Made by a program: the position numbers and the translations under genes | Assembly: GCA_963710575.1 (NCBI GenBank) | Contig: CAVQAL010000003.1 | Location: forward strand, 149,372-213,371 | Direction: 5' to 3' | DNA from: an uncultured delta proteobacterium | GTDB taxonomy: Bacteria; Desulfobacterota; Syntrophia; Syntrophales; Smithellaceae | Length of the DNA: 64,000 bases | In this document: positions 28,061 through 38,210 of the stretch, one piece after another | Numbering within the stretch: position 1 is the stretch's first letter | How the letters are laid out: each line of letters begins with the position of its first letter | Notes under the pieces: model-generated | Database searches by the model: none | Seen by the model: only the letters and a program-made list of their open reading frames with translations | Told to the model about the DNA's origin: nothing

Positions 28061-28231
28061 TCACGAAAGCTTTTTGGCCTCTTCCACCAGCATGATTGGG
28101 ATGTCATCTTTTACTTCGTAGAACAATTTACACTGATCGCAAATAATGCCGCTCAGTTTCTCGTCGAAGTGAACTTTTCCATGACATTGCGGACAAACTA
28201 AAATTTCCAATAGTTGTTTATTTAAAGGCAT
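28061..28231 (-). CDS. Trm112/YcaR-family small zinc-ribbon protein (below the ORF-track size cutoff)
   Basis: My translation is MPLNKQLLEILVCPQCHGKVHFDEKLSGIICDQCKLFYEVKDDIPIMLVEEAKKLS (56 aa). This matches the UPF0434/Trm112 signature, and the gene sits at the end of the LPS block. Confidence 0.8.
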   Translation of the reverse strand: MPLNKQLLEILVCPQCHGKVHFDEKLSGIICDQCKLFYEVKDDIPIMLVEEAKKLS

Positions 28232-28234
28232 TCT

Positions 28235-29275
28235 TCACTCCTTTGTTAATTTTCTTTCCACGGCGGCAAAAACCTGTTGGGTTGAAATATCCTCCATGCA
28301 TTTTCTTGTCGGGCATTTTTTTAAAAAGCACGGACTGCAGGGAAGATTTGTTCTGATTATAGTGTGACCCTGTCCATAAGGCCCTGTTCGCCAGTATGCA
28401 GAAGGACCGAATAAAGCAATTACTGGTGTTCCTACCGCAGCCGCAATATGCATAGGTCCGGAATCAGGTGTAATCAAAAGCTCTGCTCGTTTATATAGAT
28501 GAGCAAGTTCAAGCAGAGATGTCTTTCCTTCCAGATTAAGAGCCTTGTTTGTCATGATTGATTGGATCCTGTCAATCATGCCGCCGCTTCCGTTACCGGT
28601 AAAAACAACCTCCGTCTTTAATTCGCTAATAATCCTATCGGCCAGAGCAGCAAATCTGTCCTCATACCAAAGTCTGGTTTCGCCGGCAAAAGACATGGGA
28701 CTAATAGCGATGAATTCCTTATCCCTGGAAATACCTGAATTTGAAAGCAATGTATCAACAGCTTCTATGTCTGCGGGAGAAACAGGCAAATAAAATTCCG
28801 GATTGTCACATGTTATGCCAAGATGGCGAATGAAATCAAGATAGCGATCTACGGCATGTATATTCATGTTTTCATATATTTTTTCATTATAAAACAAACC
28901 GCTTAATTCCTGAAAGCTGTTATAGCCTATCTTTCTTTGTGAACCGCTGATAAAAACAAGAATGGCACTTTTTAGAAGACCATTGAAGTCTATAACAATA
29001 TCATAAGGCCGTTGTCTTAATTTTTTGATGAACATTTTTATTTCTTTGAGCGTTTCACCGATATGTTTTCTTTTTTTCAGGTTTTCAGACCATGTTTTCC
29101 TGCGAGAAATGATCAGAGTATCTATATAAGGATTTCCTTTAACAATTGGAGACGCTGCCTCTTCGACAACCCATGATATATTAGCATCAGGATAAGCTTT
29201 TCTTAACGCCGCCAAAGAAGGCAGGGTGTGAATCACATCCCCTATCGCGCTGAGTTTTACGATTAGTATATTCAC
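28235..29275 (-). CDS. glycosyltransferase family 9 (LPS heptosyltransferase, WaaC-like)
   Basis: The start MNILIVKLSAIGDVIHTLPSL.. is typical of GT9, with ..PDSGPMHIAAAVGTP... Confidence 0.8.
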   Translation of the reverse strand: MNILIVKLSAIGDVIHTLPSLAALRKAYPDANISWVVEEAASPIVKGNPYIDTLIISRRKTWSENLKKRKHIGETLKEIKMFIKKLRQRPYDIVIDFNGLLKSAILVFISGSQRKIGYNSFQELSGLFYNEKIYENMNIHAVDRYLDFIRHLGITCDNPEFYLPVSPADIEAVDTLLSNSGISRDKEFIAISPMSFAGETRLWYEDRFAALADRIISELKTEVVFTGNGSGGMIDRIQSIMTNKALNLEGKTSLLELAHLYKRAELLITPDSGPMHIAAAVGTPVIALFGPSAYWRTGPYGQGHTIIRTNLPCSPCFLKKCPTRKCMEDISTQQVFAAVERKLTKE

Positions 29276-29355
29276 TCTTTGTCCTTTAATACCACTTTCT
29301 ATATTCTATAAAAAAATTGACTGACCTGGTATAAGACCAAGTAAGCTTTCAATAA

Positions 29356-29952
29356 TTAATATTTGAAAGCAACTTGGTTTAATATCAATTTTACAGCTTC
29401 CAGAATATCCGCGGCAATAAAATCCGGTTTGTTTTCCGGCGTTGCTTCATCAGGACCATCATCCTGCAATAAACCTTGACCGAATCCGGTTTTTACTAAA
29501 ATCCCCCTGACGCCAATTTTTTTGCCCGCTTCCATATCGTTAAATCTATCGCCCACCAGATAAGATCTTTTTAGATCGATATTCAAATCTTGAGCCGCCT
29601 GCAGCAACATGCCAGGAGCCGGTTTACGACAGTTACAAACTTGCCTGTAAGGATCTATCCCTTCCGTGGGATGATGCGGACAGTAATAGAAATTATCTAT
29701 ATATGCTCCTCGTTTACGTAGAGCGTTTTGCAGATACTCATGGGTTATTTTTACAAAATCTTCTGTAAATAATCCTCTGGCCACACCGGCCTGATTGGAA
29801 ATGACCACCACTTTCATTCCACTTTTATTAATCAATCTGATCGCGTCATAAGCGCCGGGGATTATCTTGAATTTATCTAAACTATCCATATAACCGACTT
29901 CTTCATTAATTGTTCCGTCTCTGTCCAGAAAAATGGCGATATTTTTTTTCAT
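29356..29952 (-). CDS. gmhB: D-glycero-D-manno-heptose 1,7-bisphosphate 7-phosphatase (HAD-IIIA)
   Basis: FLDRDGTIN carries the HAD motif I. The CxH..C.CRKP zinc motif (YCPHHP..CNCRKPAPGM) and ..VGDRFNDMEAG.. are also present. Confidence 0.88.
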   Translation of the reverse strand: MKKNIAIFLDRDGTINEEVGYMDSLDKFKIIPGAYDAIRLINKSGMKVVVISNQAGVARGLFTEDFVKITHEYLQNALRKRGAYIDNFYYCPHHPTEGIDPYRQVCNCRKPAPGMLLQAAQDLNIDLKRSYLVGDRFNDMEAGKKIGVRGILVKTGFGQGLLQDDGPDEATPENKPDFIAADILEAVKLILNQVAFKY

Positions 29953-30063
29953 TTATTTTTACTCCGGCTGTTTTGAAATCACGACTATAAACCCCAAAGC
30001 AAGCCTTGGAAATATTTCGCAGCAAGCTGCTGGTTGTTGTACCCCACTTATACGGAATAATTT

Positions 30064-30151
30064 CCAATAACCTTTGGTTATTGGATAATTCGACTAATAA
30101 ATTTCATTCGCTGCTCTTATGAAATTTGAGTCTCATTACGACTAACACTTC
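30064..30151. repeat. dispersed hairpin repeat, copy 3, with flanking modules
   Basis: It starts with CCAATAACC-ttt-GGTTATTGG. Then comes ggataattcgactaat-AAATTTCAT-tcgctgctct-ATGAAATTT-gagtctcatt-acgactaacacttc. It shares cgactaa, gagt(y)tcatt and gactaacacttc with 9681-9950. Confidence 0.65.
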
Positions 30152-30172
30152 AAACCTACAGTGACCTTTAGG

Positions 30173-31243
30173 TTATTCACTTCGTTCGTTTTCAGCGAGT
30201 CTCATTAAATTTTGAGCTGCCGCAAAAACATCTTCCACAGAAATCAGCTTCATGCAACGAAAATCCGTCGGGCAAGTTTCTTTCAGGCAAGGACTGCAGG
30301 AGACTTCCTTGCGGACAATAATTGATTTGTTTCCCACGGGCGACGTGGTGACAGGGTTGGTCGAACCGAAAATAGCTACAGTGGGAATGTTCAACGCTCC
30401 CGCTATATGCATTAAACCGGAATCATTGCTGATAAACAAGCGGCATTGAGAAATCAAATAAATTGCTTCCCGCAAAGTTGTTTTTCCGGCAAGATTAATT
30501 AATTCAGTGCGCGCCAGCTTTTGGATTTCCCGCGCCACCTCCCAATCGGATTTCCCCCCCAGCAAAATCCCCTGCGTAGAAAATTTTTCATCCAGTTTAT
30601 CCGCTACCAAGGCAAATCTATCGGGGATCCATCTTTTAGCCGGACCGTAAGTGGCTCCGGGAGCAATGCCGATTATAGTCTTCTTTGTTCCGCGTATAAA
30701 TTTCCGCAAAATATCCTGTGCATCTAAAGGATTTATTTTCGTCCCCAGATACATTTCACGATCAACGGAAACACAACCCAAAGCCTTGACCATTTCCAAA
30801 TAATAATCAATCTGGTGGACTTTTCTTATTTCTGCCGTGCGGCGCACACAATGGGTCAGCAGAAGACCGCGGGCATCTGAGTCGTATCCGGCGCGCAGGG
30901 GAATTCCTGCCGCAAGGGCGATGATCGCAGCTTCTATGGCGTTTTGTAAAAGTATCGCCGCGTCAAAATTTTTCCCTTTTAGCATTCGGGCAAGACGAAA
31001 GACTCCGGCAGGAGTATCAAATTTATTTTCATAGATGATTATTTCATCCACACCTGAAAAAAGTCCATAAATATCGGCTACCCAGGGTTTTACGAGGACG
31101 GCAATGTGGGCTTGCGGGTAAGTGGCGCGGATAGAGGCCACTGCCGGCAATGTTAAGATGGCATCGCCAATCCAGTTGGTTCCGCGAATCAAAATTTTAT
31201 TCACACCTGCACGCGGCAATTTTTTGATATTTCCATGTTTCAA
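30173..31243 (-). CDS. waaF: LPS heptosyltransferase II-like (GT9)
   Basis: ..ILIRGTNWIGDAILTLPA.. and ..NDSGLMHIAGALNIPTVAIFGST.. are present. Confidence 0.78.
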   Translation of the reverse strand: MKHGNIKKLPRAGVNKILIRGTNWIGDAILTLPAVASIRATYPQAHIAVLVKPWVADIYGLFSGVDEIIIYENKFDTPAGVFRLARMLKGKNFDAAILLQNAIEAAIIALAAGIPLRAGYDSDARGLLLTHCVRRTAEIRKVHQIDYYLEMVKALGCVSVDREMYLGTKINPLDAQDILRKFIRGTKKTIIGIAPGATYGPAKRWIPDRFALVADKLDEKFSTQGILLGGKSDWEVAREIQKLARTELINLAGKTTLREAIYLISQCRLFISNDSGLMHIAGALNIPTVAIFGSTNPVTTSPVGNKSIIVRKEVSCSPCLKETCPTDFRCMKLISVEDVFAAAQNLMRLAENERSE

Positions 31244-31247
31244 TTGG

Positions 31248-32129
31248 TTATCCTTTTTGTTTTACCTGACATATATTTGTTTTCCAGCGTTGATGAAACC
31301 ATAGCCATTGTTCGGGATATTGACGAATTTTTTCTTCAATAATCTTAGTGAAATTCTGCGTATTGATTAATACATCAGCATCACGATTTCCGGAACTTAC
31401 AATTTCAACTTTCTTACCAATCTCCAGCAAATATTTACCATCAGGCAGGCGGCGGGTAAAGACGGGCAGCACCGGCGCTTTTGTATACAGAGCCAGCAGA
31501 GACAGACCAGGCGTTGTGCAAGCTTTTCGGCCAAAAAAGTCAACAAACACACCCTCATACCAAGTGACGTTTTGATCAATAAGAAGATTAATTGTGATGC
31601 CATTTTTTAACAAGCGGATCATCGGCCGCATGGCATTATATTTAGAAAGCGAAACGTTGCCGTAAGAGGCGCGGACACCGGTAATGGTCCTTTCTAAAAG
31701 AGGGCTGTCAAAAACACGGTAAATAAAAACAAATGGCTGCGTCATTATCGCCAAAGCCGCGTTGCCTATTTCCCAATTGCCGAAATGAGCACTGAAAATC
31801 AAAACCCCCTTTCCTTCCTTCTCGGCCTCCTTGTAATTTTCCAGACCTTCAATGCTAATCCATTGGTGCAAATTATCTTTGTTCAAATATGGAATATCTA
31901 AAAATTCGACGACAACAAGGGTAGCGCTTATATATGACTCTTTCGCCAGCCTGATAATTTCCTTTAGCGGCTTATCGGGAAAGGAACGCATTAAATTATG
32001 AATGGCGATAAGACGATGTTTCAGAGAAAGATGGTACGACAGCTTGGCAATAAAAATGGCCAATATCCTTCTTATGCTCAAGGGGATGTGTCTTAATAAA
32101 TTCATTATTAATATTTCTTTCACGCACAC
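31248..32129 (-). CDS. lipid A biosynthesis (Kdo)2-lipid IVA acyltransferase family (LpxL/HtrB-like)
   Basis: ..FSAHFGNWE.. is the acyltransferase HX4D/E-type motif, and the gene sits in lpx context. The start is uncertain, either GTG at 32129 or ATG at 32105. Confidence 0.78.
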   Translation of the reverse strand: MCVKEILIMNLLRHIPLSIRRILAIFIAKLSYHLSLKHRLIAIHNLMRSFPDKPLKEIIRLAKESYISATLVVVEFLDIPYLNKDNLHQWISIEGLENYKEAEKEGKGVLIFSAHFGNWEIGNAALAIMTQPFVFIYRVFDSPLLERTITGVRASYGNVSLSKYNAMRPMIRLLKNGITINLLIDQNVTWYEGVFVDFFGRKACTTPGLSLLALYTKAPVLPVFTRRLPDGKYLLEIGKKVEIVSSGNRDADVLINTQNFTKIIEEKIRQYPEQWLWFHQRWKTNICQVKQKG

Positions 32130-32139
32130 ATCCTTATAG

Positions 32140-33252
32140 TCAGCTTATTTTTCGCGCTGCCGCGAGCCGGTCCAATATAAATTTTTTGAATGATTCCCCG
32201 GAGGAAATAATTTCCATCTCGACACGCAGCATATAAATCATGTTTACAAATTCGGGAAAGTCCTGGAGGCGTGCCACATCTTTTTGAGTGGAAATCAAAA
32301 AATCAGCGCGGTAATCAATAAATCCGGCTTTGATTTTTTCTAATTCGTTTTTATTGTAGCGGTGGTGATCGGGGAAAATATCGATAGACAAGACTTGCGC
32401 TTGGGCATCCGATAAAGTTTTTCTAAATGAATCGGGATTGGCAATCCCGCAAAACGCGCAAACCTTTTTACCCGCAATAATGGAAATCGATTTTTGCTCG
32501 CTGTAATCTCCCTTTACGATATCCCTCGGTTTATGAATACCCCTGAAAATGGGAATATTTTCAGTCTGGACTAAATTTTCAATCTGGTCGTTTGCTTGTC
32601 TTGCTTCATTGATGCGCGTGAGCACAATAGCGCTGGCGCGTTTTAATTCCGATATCGGTTCCCGCAACCTTCCCCGCGGAAGAATATGATTGTTTCCCTG
32701 TAAGCTTTGACTATCTAATAAAACTAAATTAATATCTCTGAAAATTTGCCGGTGCTGCATGGCATCGTCACAAATGAGCACATTTGCTCCGCATTGATTG
32801 ACAGCTGTTTGCCCGGTAACAATTCTTTTGGCTCCGGTAATCACAGGAACATTTCTTAGTTCCTTAGCAATCAAATAAGGCTCATCCCCGGCAATTTTGC
32901 TGTCCAGTAAAATTTCGCGGCCATCCGATACAATATTAACTGGATTGACTCTCTCACCGCCATATCCACGGCTGAGAATTGCCGGCTTAAAACCGTTTTC
33001 CTGCAGCATTTGAGCCAGCATAATTACGCAGGGAGTTTTTCCTGTACCGCCTACGGTGATGTTGCCGACGCTGATCACAGGACAAGGAAGAACTACCTCT
33101 TTAAATATTTTGTGATCGTAGAGCCAATTGCGAAAATTGATAACAAGGCGATAAAAAAAAGAAAGGATATATGCAATTATTTTGACAGGATTGCAATAAC
33201 CGGTATTCCCGTCATCATTCCATATCCTTTGCCAATCGATCATTTTTTCCAT
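32140..33252 (-). CDS. lpxK: tetraacyldisaccharide 4'-kinase
   Basis: ..VISVGNITVGGTGKTP.. is the P-loop. The gene follows msbA as in E. coli. I take the start at an internal ATG (33243-33264 are candidates) because the ORF-track start lies deep inside msbA. Confidence 0.9.
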   Translation of the reverse strand: MEKMIDWQRIWNDDGNTGYCNPVKIIAYILSFFYRLVINFRNWLYDHKIFKEVVLPCPVISVGNITVGGTGKTPCVIMLAQMLQENGFKPAILSRGYGGERVNPVNIVSDGREILLDSKIAGDEPYLIAKELRNVPVITGAKRIVTGQTAVNQCGANVLICDDAMQHRQIFRDINLVLLDSQSLQGNNHILPRGRLREPISELKRASAIVLTRINEARQANDQIENLVQTENIPIFRGIHKPRDIVKGDYSEQKSISIIAGKKVCAFCGIANPDSFRKTLSDAQAQVLSIDIFPDHHRYNKNELEKIKAGFIDYRADFLISTQKDVARLQDFPEFVNMIYMLRVEMEIISSGESFKKFILDRLAAARKIS

Positions 33253-34978
33253 CACTTCCTTCATCTTTGAACTGCAAATTATACAGACGGAAATATTCGC
33301 CCTTTTTCTTAAGCAACGTTTCGTGGTCTCCTTCTTCAACAATTTCCCCATTAACTAACGCAATAATTCTATCGGCATTGCGGATCGTGGAAAGCCTGTG
33401 TGCGATAACTAAAGTGGTACGTCCTTTCATGAGATTATCCAACGCATCCTGCACTTCTATTTCCGCTTCCGTATCCAGCGATGAGGTAGCCTCATCAAGG
33501 ATTAAAATGGGGGCGTTTTTGAGCAGAGCCCGGGCAATGGAAATGCGTTGTTTTTCTCCTCCGGAGAGTTTGGTGCCCAATTCACCGATATTGCTGTCAT
33601 ATCCTTTAGGCAGTTTCATGATGAAATCATGAGCGTTGGCGGCTTTAGCTGCGTTAATGATATCATCCTCAGTTCTTGCAATATCACCATAGGCAATATT
33701 ATTTCTTACCGTATCATTAAAAAGTATCGTTTGCTGCGTCACTATGGCGATCTGCTTGCGCAGTGATTGCAGAGAGACGTTTCTGATATCATGGCCGTCA
33801 ATCAATACACGGCCTTCGTTGACATCATAAAATCTTGGTATCAGATTAACAAGCGATGTCTTTCCTCCTCCGCTCATTCCTACAAACGCGACAACCTCGC
33901 CGGCTTTAATGGAAAGATTTATATTTTTCAATACCGGTGTTTTTTCATAACAAAACCTAACATTCTCGATATCGATGCCGCGATTAATGAGCGGAAGATT
34001 GATGGCGCCGGGCTTATCTTCAATATCCGGAGTGAGATCGATGATGCTGAAAATACGGTCTGCGCCGGCAATGCCTTGATTGATGGTGTTATTGATATTG
34101 GTAAGCCGTTTAACCGGTTCGTAAAGCATCAGTAGAGCGGCAATAAAGGAGAAGAAAGTGCCGGGGGTGGAATGGCCATGAACAACATTATAGCCCCCGT
34201 AAAAAATGACGGCGGCAATCCCCAATCCGCCCAGAAAATCCATGAGGGGGCTGGAAATGGCGTTTACGGAAACGGCTTTCATATTATATTTAAACAATCT
34301 TTCGTTTTCCGCGGCGAATCTTTTACTTTCGTATTTTTCCATGCCGAATGCTTTGACAATGCGGGTCCCGGAAATGGTTTCCTGCAAGAGGGAATTCAAG
34401 GTTCCCATGGTGATTTGCGTGGAGGTTGTTACCTTGCGCATTTTTCTGCCAAAAAAGGCGATAGGATAAATAGTCAGCGGGAAAACGACTACCGCAATAA
34501 GCGCTAGTTTCCAGTCGGTGTAGAAAATAACCCCTATCAATGATATTAGCATAAAGCTGTCTTTGACTAATGCTGTTATTGCCTCCGATGAAGCGATTTG
34601 AACGGATAGTACATCATTGGTAATCCGTGACATTAACAATCCCGTGGGATGTTCGGCAAAAAAAGATAGGGATTGTTTCTGAATTTGTTCGTAAAGCTTA
34701 TTGCGTAAATTAGTAACAATGCGCAATCCGATGGAGCTCATTAAAATGTTCTGGCCATAGTTGCACAATCCCTTAAACAGAAAAATGGCTACCACTGCAA
34801 AGGGAATCCATTTCATCGCGGCAATATTTTTATTGACAAATATTTCGTCAATGGCCGGTTTGGAAATCAGCGGCAGAGCGGATTGTAAACCTCCGGCAAT
34901 GATCATGCAAATCGCAGCAAAGATAAAGCGCACATAATATTGCCTGGCCATAAACAACAATCTTTTAAAAGTTTCCAT
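33215..34978 (-). CDS. msbA: lipid A export ABC transporter (permease/ATPase)
   Basis: 587 aa. A 6-TM exporter domain is followed by an NBD (GMSGGGKTS, LSGGEKQRISIARA, ILILDEATS). Confidence 0.92.
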   Translation of the reverse strand: METFKRLLFMARQYYVRFIFAAICMIIAGGLQSALPLISKPAIDEIFVNKNIAAMKWIPFAVVAIFLFKGLCNYGQNILMSSIGLRIVTNLRNKLYEQIQKQSLSFFAEHPTGLLMSRITNDVLSVQIASSEAITALVKDSFMLISLIGVIFYTDWKLALIAVVVFPLTIYPIAFFGRKMRKVTTSTQITMGTLNSLLQETISGTRIVKAFGMEKYESKRFAAENERLFKYNMKAVSVNAISSPLMDFLGGLGIAAVIFYGGYNVVHGHSTPGTFFSFIAALLMLYEPVKRLTNINNTINQGIAGADRIFSIIDLTPDIEDKPGAINLPLINRGIDIENVRFCYEKTPVLKNINLSIKAGEVVAFVGMSGGGKTSLVNLIPRFYDVNEGRVLIDGHDIRNVSLQSLRKQIAIVTQQTILFNDTVRNNIAYGDIARTEDDIINAAKAANAHDFIMKLPKGYDSNIGELGTKLSGGEKQRISIARALLKNAPILILDEATSSLDTEAEIEVQDALDNLMKGRTTLVIAHRLSTIRNADRIIALVNGEIVEEGDHETLLKKKGEYFRLYNLQFKDEGSDGKNDRLAKDME

Positions 34979-34986
34979 AGTGTTTC

Positions 34987-36168
34987 CTATACCATATCAC
35001 AGGCAATTTGCGCAGCTCTTATTGCTGCGCCAGGTTCGCCCAGTTTGGTCCGAATTGCTTCCAATTCTTTTATTATTTCCTGCTTCTTTTTTCCATTTGT
35101 TAAAATCGCCAACGCCTCTTCGGCAATGCGCTTACCGCTGACATCACTCTGAATTAATTCCGGCACAATGGTTTTTCCGGCTACAATATTGACAAGGCCG
35201 ATGTTTTTTACGTCAACGATTAATCTGCCTATAACATAAGAAAGGAGAGAAATTTTATAGACAATAATCATGGGAACTCTCAAAAGAGCAGTTTCGAGTG
35301 TTGCGGTTCCCGAAGCAACCAAAGCCAGATCAGCACAGGATATAACATCGTATGTATGACCGGAAATCACATTTATTTTTACAGTAAATCTGGAAATAAT
35401 TTCAGTTAATATTTTTTCTTCGAGCGTATCGGCCAGCGGCAAAATAAATTGTATATCCGGCATTTTTTGCGCCAAGATTTCGGAGGCCCGCAGCAGTTCC
35501 GGCATTAGTTTTTCTACTTCCGAAAGCCGGCTGCCTGGCAAAATTCCAACAGTGATTTTATTTTCGGCAAGACCGAATTTTTTTCTCGATTCCTGTTTTG
35601 AATAATTCAGTTTCACCATATCCAGCAAAGGATGACCTACATAATTTACCGCAAAACCCTCCCGTTCGTAAGTATTTACTTCAAAAGGCAGGATTACCGC
35701 CATTTTGTTCACCGTTTTTTTAATTTGTCCGATCCTGCTTTTGCGCCAGGCCCAAACCTGCGGGCTGATATAGTAGAAAACTTTTATTCCTCTTTTTTTA
35801 GCGGCTTTAGCTAAAGGGATATTGAAATCGGGATAATCAATTAAAATTACAAGATCCGGCCGACGTTCATCTAATGATTTTTTCATCATCTTCATTATCT
35901 TTAAAATACGTCCTAATTTGGAAATAACTTCGGTCAAACCGACAACAGCCATGTCGGAAGCGTTGGCAAGAAGTTCAACTCCTTCTTCCCGCAACTTGTT
36001 ACCGCCAATGCCATAGAAATTCAGTGCCGGGTTTATTTTTATCATTTCTCTGACGAGATTGGCGCCGTGCATATCACCGGAAGCCTCGCCGGCAATGATC
36101 ATAATTGTTTTGCTGTTCTTATGCACAGCATTCATTAATGGATTTGATTCTTTTTCTTCAGGAGGCAT
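34987..36168 (-). CDS. lpxB: lipid-A-disaccharide synthase
   Basis: ..IMIIAGEASGDMHGANL.. is the N-terminal LpxB signature. Confidence 0.93.
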   Translation of the reverse strand: MPPEEKESNPLMNAVHKNSKTIMIIAGEASGDMHGANLVREMIKINPALNFYGIGGNKLREEGVELLANASDMAVVGLTEVISKLGRILKIMKMMKKSLDERRPDLVILIDYPDFNIPLAKAAKKRGIKVFYYISPQVWAWRKSRIGQIKKTVNKMAVILPFEVNTYEREGFAVNYVGHPLLDMVKLNYSKQESRKKFGLAENKITVGILPGSRLSEVEKLMPELLRASEILAQKMPDIQFILPLADTLEEKILTEIISRFTVKINVISGHTYDVISCADLALVASGTATLETALLRVPMIIVYKISLLSYVIGRLIVDVKNIGLVNIVAGKTIVPELIQSDVSGKRIAEEALAILTNGKKKQEIIKELEAIRTKLGEPGAAIRAAQIACDMV

Positions 36169-37252
36169 GATTAATCACGTCGGCAATGAATCTGATTTCT
36201 TCCTGGTTCAATTCCGGAAACATCGGCAGAGAGATGACTTCCTGCGAGCACTTCTCGCTTTGCGGCATTTTTTCTGAAATATTATACAACTTCAGAAAAA
36301 CTTCCTGCTGATGCAGAGGCACCGGATAATAAACAGCGAAGGCAATATCTTTTTTTTGAAGAGAAGTAGCCAAAACATCACGATTTTTCGCACGAATAGT
36401 AAACTGGTGATAAACATGTTCGCAGCCGGAAGCCGCAACAGGCAAGATTATATCTTTACTTTTGATGGCGGCGCAATAAGCCGCAGCATTCTGACGGCGC
36501 GCCGCGTTAAACTGATCTATTTTTTTGAGTTTAACGCGAATGATGGCGGCCTGAATTTCATCAAGGCGGCTGTTGTAGCCGACTTCCTGATGATAATAAC
36601 GCTTCGAGCTGCCATGATTGCGCAGCATTCTTAACTGTCTTGCTATCTCTTCGCTTTTCGTGATGACCATACCACCATCGCCGTAACCAGCCAGATTTTT
36701 ACTCGGGAAAAAACTGAAACATCCAACATCGCCGATAGTGCCGACTTTCTTGCCATTGTATTTCGCTCCGAAGGCTTGAGCGCAATCTTCAATCACTTTG
36801 AGTTTGTGTTTTCGCGCTATTTCCATAATGGGCGTCATGTCGGCAGGATGGCCAAATAAATGCACCGGAATAATGGCCTTTGTTTTAGAAGTTATTTTAC
36901 CGGCAATTTGGTTGCAATCGAGGTTAAAAGTATCTGGGCAAATGTCCACAAAAACGGGCGTTGCCTTTAGATTGGCGATCACTTCCGCCGTGGCGATAAA
37001 TGTAAAAGGAGTAGTAATTACCTCGTCACCGGCCCCAATGCCACAAGCGCGCAACGTCAGAAGCAAAGCATCCGTACCGTTGGCAACACCGACAGCATAA
37101 GGTAAATCGTGATAGGCGGCAACTTCTTCTTCCAATGCGCTGACATTAGGCCCAAGAATAAAATGTGTTTGTTCTAAAACGTCGCTGACCGCGGCATCAA
37201 TTTCTTTTTTTAGATTATGATACTGCCTTTTTAAATCCACCATTGGAATCAT
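36158..37252 (-). CDS. DegT/DnrJ/EryC1/StrS-family sugar aminotransferase (GnnB-like)
   Basis: 364 aa. The start MIPMVDLKRQY.. is typical, and ..FSFFPSKNLG.. carries the PLP lysine context. It is embedded between lpxA and lpxB. Confidence 0.85.
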   Translation of the reverse strand: MIPMVDLKRQYHNLKKEIDAAVSDVLEQTHFILGPNVSALEEEVAAYHDLPYAVGVANGTDALLLTLRACGIGAGDEVITTPFTFIATAEVIANLKATPVFVDICPDTFNLDCNQIAGKITSKTKAIIPVHLFGHPADMTPIMEIARKHKLKVIEDCAQAFGAKYNGKKVGTIGDVGCFSFFPSKNLAGYGDGGMVITKSEEIARQLRMLRNHGSSKRYYHQEVGYNSRLDEIQAAIIRVKLKKIDQFNAARRQNAAAYCAAIKSKDIILPVAASGCEHVYHQFTIRAKNRDVLATSLQKKDIAFAVYYPVPLHQQEVFLKLYNISEKMPQSEKCSQEVISLPMFPELNQEEIRFIADVINHAS

Positions 37253-38206
37253 TTATATTACCTCGGCAACTCGCATTTTATTAATTATATCAATGGCCAG
37301 TTCCAGAGATTTGCGGGCATCTTCACCGGATATAAGTGGTCTGGAACGGTTGACTACAGCATTGATAAAAGAACGAATTTCTTCCTCCAGTGAATCATGA
37401 CTGCCCACTTCGATATTGTTTTGAACAATTTGCTGTTGACCGGTTTCACTTTTTATTTTGCTCAAAGATAAAATTTCCCGCTTCTGACAATCAACTGAAT
37501 GATATCCCCCGGCACCGAAAAAACGGATTTTTTGCATGGTTTTGGCGCTAATGCGGCTGGCGGTAATATTGGCGATGCAGCCGGTGGCAAACGAAATCCG
37601 CACATTGGCAATATCAATTTTATCAGAAAGAATGGGAACACCAACGGCCTCCACTCCTGCAATCGGAGAATTTACAAATTTTAAAATAATATCGAGGTCA
37701 TGAATCATCAAATCCAGAATAACGTCAACATCAGTACCGCGCTCAAAAAATGGATGCAATCGATGGGATTCAATGAACATCGGCGTATCTATAACATTCT
37801 CCAGGGCCATAATTGCGGGGTTGAATCTTTCGATAAAGCCAACCTGAAGAATCAAATTTTTCTTCTGTGCTAATTCGATTAATTCATCTGCTTCTTCTAA
37901 AGTTGCGCAGATAGGCTTCTCTATCAAGACATCCACGCCTGCCGCTAAAAAATCTTTAGCGACCTTGTAGTGTTCGCTGGTAAGGACGGCAATGCTTACA
38001 GCCTCAACTTGACCCAGCATAGCGCGATAATCAGAGAATGCGGTACATTTATAAATTTCAGCTGCTTTTTGGGCACGATCAGTAATCCTGTCAGCTACAG
38101 CGGTGATCTCACAATTTTCTAATTTCTGATATTTTTGAAGATGATAATTGCCTAGATGGCCGATTCCGATAACACCAACCTTTATTTTCTTTCTCTTTGC
38201 ATTCAT
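37253..38206 (-). CDS. Gfo/Idh/MocA-family NAD-dependent sugar oxidoreductase (GnnA-like)
   Basis: KVGVIGIGHLGNYH is a Rossmann start. It abuts the aminotransferase gene with no intergenic gap (stop at 37253, next start at 37252). Confidence 0.85.
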   Translation of the reverse strand: MNAKRKKIKVGVIGIGHLGNYHLQKYQKLENCEITAVADRITDRAQKAAEIYKCTAFSDYRAMLGQVEAVSIAVLTSEHYKVAKDFLAAGVDVLIEKPICATLEEADELIELAQKKNLILQVGFIERFNPAIMALENVIDTPMFIESHRLHPFFERGTDVDVILDLMIHDLDIILKFVNSPIAGVEAVGVPILSDKIDIANVRISFATGCIANITASRISAKTMQKIRFFGAGGYHSVDCQKREILSLSKIKSETGQQQIVQNNIEVGSHDSLEEEIRSFINAVVNRSRPLISGEDARKSLELAIDIINKMRVAEVI

Positions 38207-38210
38207 AATA

